Source of the DNA: Mobula hypostoma
Taxonomy: Eukaryota
Assembly (NCBI RefSeq): GCF_963921235.1
Contig: NC_086108.1
Location: 60,638,001-60,702,000, forward strand
Direction of reading: 5' to 3'
DNA length: 64,000 nucleotides
A program made the position numbers and the translations under genes. Under the pieces are notes generated by a model. It made no database searches and was not told the DNA's origin. It saw only the letters and a list, made by a program, of their open reading frames with translations. Shown in pieces: positions 14,061-24,699 of this stretch (its first letter is position 1; every line of letters starts with the position of its first letter).

Positions 14061-14063
14061 CAC
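12432..14063 (-). CDS. Penelope RT-GIY-YIG endonuclease reading frame (N-terminally truncated)
   Basis: Open 543-aa frame with RT and GIY-YIG motifs; it starts at the truncation point, so it is probably not translated from this locus. Confidence 0.7.
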   Translation of the reverse strand: MNLPSTATNLIVPTPHTSRFYLLPKIHKPACPGRPIVSACSCPTELVSAYLDTVLSPLVQSLPTYVRDTSHALKLFDDFKFPGPHRFIFTMDVQSLYTSIPHQEGLKALRFFLDSRPNQFPSTTTLLRLAELVLTLNNFSIGSSHFLQTKGVAMGTRMGPSYACHFVGFVEQSMFRAYSGICPPLFLHYIDDCIGTASCTHAKLVDFINFASNFHPALKFTWSISDTSLPFLDLSVSVSGDSLSTDVYYKPTDSHSYLDYSSSHPVSCKNAIPFSQFLRLRRICSQDEAFHSRMREMSSFFKERGFPSSTINSALKRISPISHTSALTPSSRLPTRNRVPLVLTYHPTSLRIQHIILRNFRHLQLDPTTKHIFPSPSLSAFCRDRSLRNSLVHSSPPSLPTDLPPGTYPCKRNKCYTCPYTSSLTTIQGPKQSFQVRHHFTCESAGVIYCVRCSRCGLLYIGETRRRLGDRFAEHLRSVRQRKQDLPVATHFNSTSHSHSDMSIHGLLYFKDEATLRLEEQHLIFRLGSLQPDGMNIDFSNFR

Positions 14064-14454
14064 TTTTTTGTTGGATTTATTTAACGAAGATAGCTTGATG
14101 TCTTTTGAACAATAAGTTGATAAATATTCTCTTTCATACTCACACTTCTTACAATACCTTCAAGTTAGACATTTCTTACAAAAATATTTAAGTAATTTTC
14201 CTTACATATTGGAGGCTGACCTGTTAGATACTATTATGAGTATGAACCCTTCGACGAAGGGTTCTATTGGAAGAATTTATAATTTATTATTACAATGGGA
14301 TAAGTGTCCCTTATTTAAGATTAAACAGGATTTGGAAAAGGAACTCAATTTGACTTTGATGATGGAGGATTGGACACGGATTCTGAAACTGGTTAACTCT
14401 TCTTCAATCTGTGCTAGTCATTCACTGATTCAATTTAAAAATATATTGTCAATA

Positions 14455-15030
14455 TATCCCCCTCAACCATATCCTTTGGCAGCTCATTCCATATACTGAC
14501 CTTGCTCTGGGTGAAAAAATACCTTCAGTTTCCTTTTAATATTCTCCCCTCTCACCTAAACCAATGGCCTCGTTCTTGATTCCCCAACCCTGGGAAAAGT
14601 ACTACTCATGCATAACTTTATACATCTCTATAGGATCACCCCTCATACTCCTACATTCAATGTATAAAAGAGTCCCAACCTGCTCAGACTTTCTCCATAA
14701 CTCAGCCATTCAAATCCCAGCAGCATCCTCATAAATCTCCTCTGAACCTTTTCTAGCTTAATGGTGTCTTTACTACAGTAAGCTGACCAAAACTGAGCAC
14801 TATATTCCAAATGTGACCTCACTAACATCTTGTACGATGACAATATAACCTCCCAGCTTCTATACATAATGCCCTTACAGATGCAGGCCACCATGCGAAA
14901 GTTACCTTCATCAGCCTATCTACCTGTGATGCCACTTTGAGGGAACAATTTACCTGTACTCCAAGGACCCTCTGTTCTATGACACTCCTGAGGGACCTTC
15001 TGTCACTGTGAATGCCGTACACTCATTTGT
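14455..15030 (-). mobile_element. CR1 LINE 3' fragment
   Basis: LVRSHLEYSAQFWS...LEKVQRRFMRML. Confidence 0.8.
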
Positions 15031-15031
15031 C

Positions 15032-17500
15032 TTAAGACAATAAGACATAGAGGCAGAAGTAGGCCATTCAGCCCATTGAGTCTCCTCCGCCATTCAATCA
15101 TGGGCTGATCCAATTCTTCCAGTCATCCCCACTCCCCATGCCCTTTGATGCCCTGGCTAATCAAGAACATATCTATCTCTGCCTTAAATGCAACCAATCA
15201 CTTGGCCTCCACAGCCGCTAGTGGCAACAAATTCCACAGATTTACCACCCTCTGACTAAAGTAATTTCTCTGCATCTCTGTTCTAAATGGACTTCCTTTA
15301 ATCCTGAAGTTGTGCCCTCTTGTCCTAGACTCCGCTACCATGGGAAGTAACTTTGCCATATCTAATTTGTTCAGGCCTTTTAACATTCAGAATGTTTCTA
15401 TGAGATCCCCCCTCATTCTCCTGAACTCCAGGGAATACAGCCCAAAAGCTGCCAGACGTTCCTCATACGGTAACCCTTTCATTCCTGGAATCATTCTTGT
15501 GAATCTTCTCTGATCCCTTTCCAATGTTAGTATATCCTTTCTAAAATAAGGAGCTCAAAACTGCACATAATACTCCAAGTGTGGTCTCAAAAGTGCCTTG
15601 TAGAGCCTCAACATTACATCCCTGCTCTTATATTCTATACCTCTAGAAATGAATGCCAACATTGCATTTGTCTTCTTCATCACTGACTCAACCTGAAGGT
15701 TAACCTTTAGGATATCCTGCACAAGAACTCCTAAGTCCCTTTGCATCTCTGCATTTTGAATTCTCTCCCCATCTAAATAATAGTCTGCCCATTTATTTCT
15801 TCCACCAAAGCGCATGACCATACACTTTCCAACATTATATTTCACTTGCCACTTCTTTGCCTATTCCCCTAAACTATCTAAGTTTCTCTGCAGGCTCTCT
15901 GTTTCCTCAACACTACCCGCTCCTCCATCTATTTTTGTATCGTCGGCAAATTTAGCCACAAATCCATTAATCCCATAGTCCAAAGCATTGACGTGTATCG
16001 TAAAAAGCAGTGGTCCCAACACAGACCCCTCTGGAATGCCACTGGTAACCAGCAGCCAGCCAGAACAGTCTCTGGTTTCTGCCAATCAGCCAATGCTCCA
16101 TCCATGCTAGTAACTTCTCTGTAATTCCATGGGCTCTTATCTTGCTAAGCAGTCTCATGAGCGGCACCTTATCAAAGGCCTTCTGAAAATCCAAGTACAC
16201 CATATCTATTGTATCTCCTTTGTCTACCCTGCATGTAATTTCCTCAAAAAATTGCAGTAGGTTAGTCAGGCAGGATTTTCCTTTCAGGAAACCATGCTGG
16301 CTTTGACCTATCTTGTCATGTGCCTCCAGGTACTCTGTAATTTCATCCCTAACAATTGATTCCAACAACTTCCCCACCACTAATGTCAGGCTAATAGGTC
16401 TATAGTTTCCTTTTTGCTGCCTCCCACCCTTTTTAAATAGCGGAGTAACATTTGCAATTTTCCAGTAATCCGGTACAATGCCAGACTCTATTGATTCTTG
16501 AAAGATCATTGTGAATGCCTCTGCAATCTCTCCAGCTAATTCCTTCAGAACCCAAGGGTGTATTCCATCAGGTCCAGGAGACTTATCCACCCTCAGACCA
16601 TTAAGCTTCCTGAGCACCTTTTCAGTCGTAACTTACACTGCACATACTTCACTTCCCTGACACTCTTGAATGTCCAGAATGCTGCAGATGTCTTCCACTG
16701 TGAAGACTGATATAAATACGCATTCAGTTCCTCTGCCATCTCTGCGTCTCTCATTACAATATCTCCAGCGTCATTTTCTATTGGTCCTATATCTACCCCC
16801 AACTCCCTTTTACCCTTTACTTACTTAAAAAAGCTTTTAGTGTCTTCTTTGATATTAGTCGCCAGCTTCTTTTCATAATTCATCTTTTCCTTCCTAATGA
16901 CCTTCTTAGTTTCCTTCTGCAAGTTTTTAAAAGCTTCCCAATCCTCTATTTCCCCACTAGCTGTGGCTTCCTTGTATGCCCTCTCTTTTGCTTTTACTTT
17001 GGCTCTGACTTCACTTGTCAGTCACGGTAGTGTCCTTCTTCCATTCAAAAATTTCTTCTTATTTGGAATATATCTGTCTTGCACTTCCCTCATTTTTCAC
17101 AGAAATTCCAGCCATTACTGCTCTGCTGTCCTTCCTGCTAGTGTCTCTTTCCAGTCAATCTTGGCCAGTTCTCCCTTCCATGCCATTGTAATTTCCTTTA
17201 TCCCACTGAAATACTGACACATTGGAATTTAGTTTCTCCTTCTCAAATTTCAAAGTGAACTTGATCATACTGTGATTACTGTTCCCAAAGGGTTCCTTAA
17301 TCTTAAGCTCTTTTATGAACTCTGGATCATTGCACAACAGCCAATCCAGCACAGCCAGTCCCGAGAGGGCTCAATAACAAGTTGTTCTAAAAAGCTATTC
17401 TTTAGACATTCTACAAATTCGCTCTCTTGAGGTCCAATACTGGCCTGGTTTTTCCAATCCACTTTCATGTTAAAATCCCTGACGATCATCATGACATTGT
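15032..17500 (-). mobile_element. CR1 LINE, 5'-truncated
   Basis: KSPGPDGIHP...NYRPISLT...SQHGFLKGKSCLTNL...YLDFQKAFDKV, FADDTK and RPHLEY; taagacaataagacatag tail. Confidence 0.92.
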
Positions 17501-17554
17501 CTTCACAAAATGCAACACCTTGCTCTTACCCAAATTAATTCTGTTTGCCTGCTG

Positions 17555-17760
17555 TACAAAACTTAGTCGTGCCACATTTGGAATAATATGTGCAGTTCTG
17601 GACACCACATTACAGGAAGGATGTAGAGGATTTGGAGAGGGTGCAAAAGAGGTTCACAGGGGTGCAGTCTAGATTAGAGAGTATTAGCTATAGAGAGAGG
17701 TTGACAAAACTTGGAATGTTTTCTTTTGGCATCAAAGGCTGAAAAGTGGCCTGATCATTA
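17555..17760 (+). mobile_element. CR1 fragment
   Basis: gccacatttggaataatatgtgcagttctgg...gagagggtgcaaaagaggttcac (PHLEY.VQFW / ERVQKRF). Confidence 0.7.
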
Positions 17761-18070
17761 TTCACTCTAACTATTCCTCTTAATATCTTGTTCTCCTCTA
17801 TCATGTCTCCTTTCATCCTCCTTCTCTCCAAAGAGTAAAGCCCTAGCTCCCCTAATCTCTGATCATAATCCATACTCTCTAAACCAGGCAGCATCCTGGT
17901 AAATCTCCTCTGTACCCTTTCCAATGCTTCCACATCCTTCCTATAGTGAGTCGACCAGAATTGGACATAGTACTCCAAGTGTGGCCTAACCAGAGTTTTA
18001 TAGAGCTGCATCATTACATCACAACTCTTAAACTCTATCCCTCGACTTATGAAAGCTAATACCCCATAAG
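17761..18070 (-). mobile_element. CR1 fragment in opposite orientation to the previous one
   Basis: MQLYKTLVRPHLEYYVQFWSTHYRKDVEALERVQRRFTRMLPG. Confidence 0.8.
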
Positions 18071-18204
18071 CATTATAGTATAATAATGATTAGATAAAAG
18101 TATTAAAATAAATAGAAGGAGTAGAAAAATATTCAACTTGAAACATCTGGAGTGAGGAAAGAAAAGTTCGGAAGTGTTAATAAACTAGAGCAAGGTATGG
18201 AAGA

Positions 18205-18508
18205 ATTTAATGAGAGATTCCTCTCCTTTACTAAAGCAGAAGACATTAATCTGACAGTAATTCCACAACAATGATGTTTTGGCATGAGTAAACCAGACAT
18301 GACGCGTCTGGTTTCATATGTTAATATCTTGTACACCTCTATCATGTCTCCTCTCATCCTCCTTCTCTCCAAAGAGGTGTACAAGATATTAAGATATTAA
18401 ACCAGACGCAGCACGTCTGGTTTACTCATGCCAAAACATCATTGTTGTTGAATTACTGTCAGATTAATGTCTTCTGCTTTAGTAAAGGAGAGGAATCTGT
18501 CATTAAAT
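18205..18508. repeat. 136-bp inverted duplication with a 32-bp spacer
   Basis: 18205-18340 is the near-exact reverse complement of 18373-18508. Confidence 0.9.
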
Positions 18509-19540
18509 GTTAAACCAGACGTGCTGCGCTGAATCTTCAAATTTATTCTCAGACTGAATTAATTAGGCCTGGCAGGAGGTAACCCAAGGGAGTTGGAGCT
18601 GGAAACCAGTCCGTAAGGATTGGGAGCTCACTGACATATTAAATCACGTGAAATCAGCACTCAGAGATTGCGCTTCCACAGGTCTCTAGAACGAAGAATT
18701 CCAGACACTCGACCATTTTGAGAAAGGAAAAGCTTCCTCCTTTGGATGGTTTCTTATTTCTGAATCTATGTCTCCAAGTTCCCAATATCGTAAAGAAAAT
18801 ATAATCGCAACATTTGGCCAATCAATCACCTTCAGAGTTTTCAGTTTCAATAATACTACTACTTTTTTATTTTCTCTACCTTGCCTTGTTGGAATAGGTG
18901 GATTTACATGAGGAAGCACTTTTTGAGTTTCTCTGTATCTTTGCTGGAGACCCATGATGTTATGCAGAAGGGCTTCCCCTAATCTGCTAAGAAAGTGATG
19001 ACATCCCATCATGAGGATACTGTGAGCTGTTCTTATTGTCTGCTCCATTAGGCAAAACTTCACTGAGCACTGTGATGAGAATGAAACTGAGATGAGTGAG
19101 GGAATACTGCGAAGAACAATCCTGATGGGCAGCATGGAGATATTCTTGCAGAGTGTAGGCTTTTGTAAAGCATGCAGTGTGTTAGATTTAACACTACATG
19201 CTTGTGGGAATGTGCTAAACTGGAATTGTGCACGATACTTCAGCTCTGATGGATCGGGCTGTGTGTCAGGGAACTCTCCATTTGCCAATCATATGCAATA
19301 AAATTTACCTGTGGTACAGTAATGTCCAAATATAGCTGCAAAACACCATGGAATGCATTGATTATTAAAGGAGCTGAACAAATGAAATCAGAAAATGTTT
19401 AGAAGTCTCAATAGATCAGGTAGCATCTGTGATGAAAAATGATAATTTTACAAGTTGGAGACCCTTCAGCAGAACATGGATCTTAAACACTAGATCTGGT
19501 TCTCTTTCAACAGGTCACGTCTGGCCTGCTGAGCATTTTA

Positions 19541-20981
19541 GACCATAAGATTTAGGAGCAGAATTAGGTCATTTGACCCATAGAGTTAGCTCCACTATTT
19601 CATCATGGCTGATCCAATTTTCCTCTCAGCACCAATGTCCTGCCTTCTCCCCGTATCCCTTCGTGCCCTGATCGATCAAGAATCTATCACCCTCTGCTTT
19701 AAATATATATAAAGACTTGCCCCCCCACCCCCCACAACTGCCTGTGGCAAAGAATTCCACAGATTCACCACTCTCTGGCTAAAGAAATTCCGCCTCATCT
19801 CTTTTCTAAAAAGACACCCCTCTATTCTGAGGCTGTGTCCTCTTAGACTCTCCCACCATAGGAAACATCCTCTCCACATCCACTCTATCAAGGCCTTTAG
19901 GTAGGTTTCAATGAGGTCACCCCTCATTCTTCTGCATTCTAGTGAATACAGGCCCAGAGCCATCAAACGCTCTTCATATTGCAAGTCATACAATCCTGGA
20001 AATATTTTTTGAACCACCTTTGAACCCTCTCCAGTTTCAGCACATCCATTCTAAGATAAGAGGCCCAAACCTGCTCACAATACTCCAACTGAGGCCTCAC
20101 TAGTGCTTTATAAAGTTTCAACATTACATCCTTGCTTTTATGTATTAGTCCTCTTGAAATGAATGCTAAAAAGGTATTTGCCCTCCGCACCACAGACTCA
20201 ACCTGCAAAATAAACTTTAGGCAATCATGTACAAGGACTCGCAAGTCCCTTTGCACCTCAGTTTTTTGTATGTTCTCTACATTTAGAAAATAGTCAACTC
20301 TTTCATTTCTTCTACCAAAGTGCATGACCATACACTTCCTGACACTGTATCCCATCTGCCATTTCTTTGCCCGTTCTTCAAATCTAAGTCCTTCTGTAGT
20401 CTCACTACTTCATCAAAGCTACCTGCCCCTCTATCTACCTTCATATTGTCTGCAAACCTTGCAACAAAACCATCAATTCCATCATCCAAATCATTAACAA
20501 ATAACATAAAGAGAATCAGTACCAGCATAGATCTTTGTGGAACACCACTAGTCACTGGCAGCCAGCTAGAAAAGGCTCCCTTTATTCCTACTCTTTGCCT
20601 CCTGCCAATCAGCCGCTGCTTTATTCATGATTCAATCTTTCCTGTAATAGCATGGGCTAGTAGCTTGTCAAGCAGCCTTATGTGTGGCACCTTGTCAAAG
20701 GCCTTCTGAAAATCCAACTACACAACATCAACTGAATCTCCTTTGTCTATCCTGCTTGCTATTTCTTCAAAGAATTCCAATAGATTTGTCAGGCAAGAAT
20801 TTCCCTTGAGGAAACTATGCTGACTATGGCCTATTTTATCATGTGCCTTCATGTGCCTTCATATACCCTGAGTCGCTTAATAATCAACCCCAAATCTTCT
20901 CAACCATTCAGGTCAGACTAACTGGCCTGTAGTTTCCTTTCTTCTGCCTCACTCGCTTCTTGAAGAGTGGAGTGACATTTT
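19541..20981 (-). mobile_element. CR1 LINE, 5'-truncated
   Basis: TSGVPQRSML...FADNMK and LYKALVRPQLEYC; gaccataaga tail. Confidence 0.88.
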
Positions 20982-21424
20982 CAGGATTTTCTGTTTTCAC
21001 TTCTCATTTTGAACAGCTGGTGTTTTGGTTTTAATTTTCAAATAAATGCAATCATTGTATTTTTAATTAGAGGAACTGACTGAGAGCTCTGAATGTCTCC
21101 TGCATTTTGAAATGTCATCAGTTACTTCTTCCCTCATTAAGAATTTCTTTAAGTTGACACCTGAGATATTAGGAATAAATTTTCCCCTTCACTGCTGTAT
21201 TGCTGTCTGTTCATCGTCTCTCTGTTCATTAGTAGGTAAACCAGTGGTGCTGTAATGAATGGTAATTCACATTACCAGACTACTACTCAACAATGTTGGT
21301 GAAAAGTATACCCCTGTGATTTTGAATCTTGACATGTCATTTGCATTTGACAACACATTTTAACAATTAGGCAGCTTATCAAGTTATCTACTCTGCTCAC
21401 TATATGTTTTTGTTTCCTAATTAG

Positions 21425-21637
21425 GTTCCACTGATTTGTGAAACAAAGCCGGGAAATATTAATCAAATCATGAATTATCAGAGAAATGGATGTACAAGTG
21501 ATGCTAATAAGACAGACAGACATCTCTGTGCAGGTGCCACAGATGGATCTCATCATGATGTACAAATGGAGCTAGGTCTCAGCACCAAGAAGGATTATTG
21601 CACTATTGAAATAGATGAATTGGAGACAAGAGTATAG
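21425..21637 (+). CDS. SLC1A7: EAAT5 last coding exon (70 aa + stop; not in ORF track)
   Basis: Pyrimidine tract and ttag acceptor ending at 21424. Encodes VPLICETKPGNINQIMNYQRNGC...DYCTIEIDELETRV*, comparable to recalled human LLPCETKPV...QQNGC...HCTIQISELETNV*. Phase 0 fits the previous exon. Confidence 0.9.
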   Translation, partial: VPLICETKPGNINQIMNYQRNGCTSDANKTDRHLCAGATDGSHHDVQMELGLSTKKDYCTIEIDELETRV

Positions 21638-21926
21638 TCAGAGGAATGCACCTCAATGGAATACTTCATGTCATGCTGGTAACATGTGTGACTACCTCAC
21701 AACTGGAAATGTTGTATATACAGGAGAAATGACAAGTGGAACTTATGGTAGTGCAGGAGGTGCACACTGATTCAAACTGCTTTGAATTACTACTCATTTT
21801 TTTGTGAACAACACGTTATTTCTGTGTAGTCAATACAAAGTGTTGGTTGTTCATCTAGGTTATTTCATAAAAGGTGCAAAGGAATAACTTAAGAATGTCT
21901 GTTCTTACATTTATTTTACTTGCAGC

Positions 21927-21932
21927 AATAAA
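21927..21932 (+). terminator. Candidate polyadenylation signal of SLC1A7
   Basis: AATAAA about 290 nt after the stop, followed by T/GT-rich sequence (tttgtttttgtt). Confidence 0.45.
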
Positions 21933-22579
21933 ACAAAGATAATTAAATCTATTTGTCATTGTCAATTTGTTTTTGTTCCCCATTTTCCCAAAGGTTTGTC
22001 GACACTAAATTCAGTCAGTGGGATGAGAAAGCAGGCAAGATCCTTCTGCATGATGTTCTAGTATACAATTCATCAAAGGATCACTGATTATTATCTAGGA
22101 ACTGCAGTCTTTTTGAAGCTATTCCTGATATCGGAATCTGTCTATGTCGTTTTTGCTAATAACCAGGTCAAACTTTGCTGAAATTTACTTTGGATCTATG
22201 TGGACTTTCTTCTTCCTTGGCTGAATGAAAGGTCAATAGTTCAATTTCTAATCCTCCCCCAATCGGTATGCCCAAAGACTGGATGATTGATAGCCCTATG
22301 GTAGCTATCACTTTAAAGATTTTTAACAAAACTCCACTGTCTTAAGTTCTTTATTATGTTGGAAGAGTCACTCTCTTCCTGAATTTTAATCTGTATTCCT
22401 GCGAGATGCATATTATGGTTTTATTCACTTGGGAGCTGAATTTAATGTATTTACATCATTCTAATATGTTTTCACTCCAAATCCTTTCTAAGCACTTCCA
22501 GCTAAAAATCCTGATGCATGCCAGCTTCAAGCACTCAGCCAAACCTGTTAATTTCATGTGTTCTGAGGAGTCAAGTGAA

Positions 22580-23125
22580 GAGCTCAGAACCAAAATCAGA
22601 TTTAATATTACTGGCAAATGTCATGAAATTTGTTGTCTTTGCAGCAGCAGTACAATGCAATACATAAAAATAAGGAAAAAAGTGAATTACAGTAAGTGTA
22701 TATATATATACATACTTACTGTAATATATATAATTAAATTCATAAAGAGAGTGTGTATATAAATATATTTAATATATATGTATATAAAATTAAACAAGTA
22801 GTGCAAAAATAGGAATAAAAAAGTAGTGAGGTGTTCATGGGTTCAATGTCCATTCAGGAATTGGATGACAGAGGGGAAGAAGTTGTCCTTGAATTATTGA
22901 GTGTGCGCCTTCAAGTTTCTGTACCTCCTTCCTGATGGTAGCAAAGAGAACAAGCTAGGACATATGGATGATGAGGGTCCTTATTGGTGGGTGCTTCATT
23001 TTGAGGTATTGTTCCTTGAAGATGTCCTAGATACTACAGAGGTCAGTGTCCATTATGGGACTAACTACAAGTTTACTACTCACTGAAACTTATTTTGATC
23101 CTATGCAATAGCCCTCCCATACCAA
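22580..23125 (-). mobile_element. Rex1/Babar LINE 3' fragment
   Basis: Clear nucleotide similarity to 1-430 (tgtcatgaaatttgtt...cagcagcagtaca...ctccttcctgatggta). Confidence 0.75.
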
Positions 23126-23698
23126 GCATGCAGCTATTACTACTCTTAAGAAGAGCAGAAGAGAAAATAAGTTAAACATCAGGTTTTAAAAGTTTGTTTA
23201 CTATAGAATGAAAGTAAAATTAAGAGGTTAATAGTTGTTTGTTCTTCTTAGAAGAAAGCAAAACATTGAGCACTTTTATCAAGTTGTTGAGAACAAAATG
23301 TATGTTTGCTATGGCTGTATGGATATATAAGGAATCTTCCTATTTAAAAATAAAGATTTAAAATGTAATTCTTGGGAAATTACTTTCATTTTTTAATTAT
23401 GAATCAGTCATTTCTTCAGCAAAAAGCTTTGAAAATTCCAGTGGGTATGGAGTTGTACTTCATTCTGAATTCAGTTGTCTTATCTGTGCTGCTATTGTTG
23501 AAAAAAGTTCCTCAGCTCTTTTCAAATAAATTCCTCCTCATTTCCCCTACAAACCACAAGTTTGCCCTACAATTTTGACGTACTAAGATGATTTTCCAGA
23601 AATGTGAGAAACTTAGGATATTTGTCTCAATTAATTAGCCAGAATACTTTCAAAGGAGTTGAGATTTGAAATTAATGGCCAAGTAAACACTTTGTGGA

Positions 23699-23924
23699 AC
23701 ACACACATGCTGGAGGAACTCAGCAAGCCAGGCAGCATCTATGGAAAGGAGTAAACAGTTGACGTTTCGGACTGAGGCCCTTCATCAAGATTCTGAAGAA
23801 GGGTATTGGCTCAACACGTCAACCATTTGCTCTTTTCCATAGCTGCTCCCTGGCCTGCTGAGTTCCTCCAGCATTTTGTGTGTGTTGCTCAGATTTTCAG
23901 CATCTGCAGATTTTCTCTTGTTTG
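23699..23924. mobile_element. Non-coding Penelope-related fold-back with back-to-back decayed hammerheads
   Basis: Left arm is the reverse complement of the right arm; the right arm has an extra tail. Flanks aaacactttgtgga / aatcactttgtgga. Confidence 0.8.
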
Positions 23925-24699
23925 AATCACTTTGTGGATGTGGTTTTTTTTACCGTATCATTTTGCATGCATTTTTATATAATACATTAGTTGAAATGTT
24001 ATTGATTGAGAGTATTTTTTTAATTTAAGGCCTGAAACAAGTAGTATATTATTTATAGTGTGAAGTTAGGGTGGATATATATACAATTTAGATGTGGCAA
24101 ATTTTATAAAGTCAGGCAAATTGATTTCATTTGAGAAGGGCTGTTGCATCCAAATGGAGGCAATAATCTTACATTCAACTTCCCATCAGCTTTCATTTCT
24201 TAAGTCTTTCTGTAGAAAATACATAATGTCAAGATGCTGACTGACCCCTTTGCAATGTCTGATTGATAGAAAATATGTAATCGTTGATGGGTAACCATTG
24301 ATGTACAGTCACATTATTTCTTCTGATGATCTGACTGGTTGACAATAAATTAAGCTTTCATGAAATATGTGCACTTCGTTTAAGTGCTGCAAGTGATGTT
24401 TGCTAACCCAATATATTACTGATTTGCAGATGAAAAGATGTGGCTTCTCCGTGGTAAATGTTGCTATTATTTTTCTAAAGGATTCCACTGGTCAATTTGT
24501 TCCATTTGGAACTAGGTGCATTAATTGGGAGAAGATAAAAGATTTAACAACCATTCCAACGTTGAGGATGGCAAACCTAACAGCAAAATTTTCATAAAAC
24601 AACAATTGTTATATCCTTGAAGTGACCATGAGGTCATAAAATATAGGAATAGAATTAGGCCATTTGGCTCATCGAGTCTGCTCTGTCATTTCATCATAA

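Larger units (their letters stand above)
11392..14440 (+). mobile_element. Inverted 5' segment of the same L1, split by a Penelope insertion
   Basis: RWSPL...VKMMILPKF...SFIWSNKR...DGSLTLPNLRMYYWA (11410-11700) and ...KELNL...DWTRILKLVNSSSICASHSLIQFK (to 14440) are L1 ORF2 post-RT motifs. Confidence 0.8.

Noticed and set aside
11988..14075. TSD for the 12.0-14.06 kb Penelope (aattcttttttgga vs attcacttttttgttgga)
   Set aside because: T-rich and needs indels to align; left out of the TSD tally.
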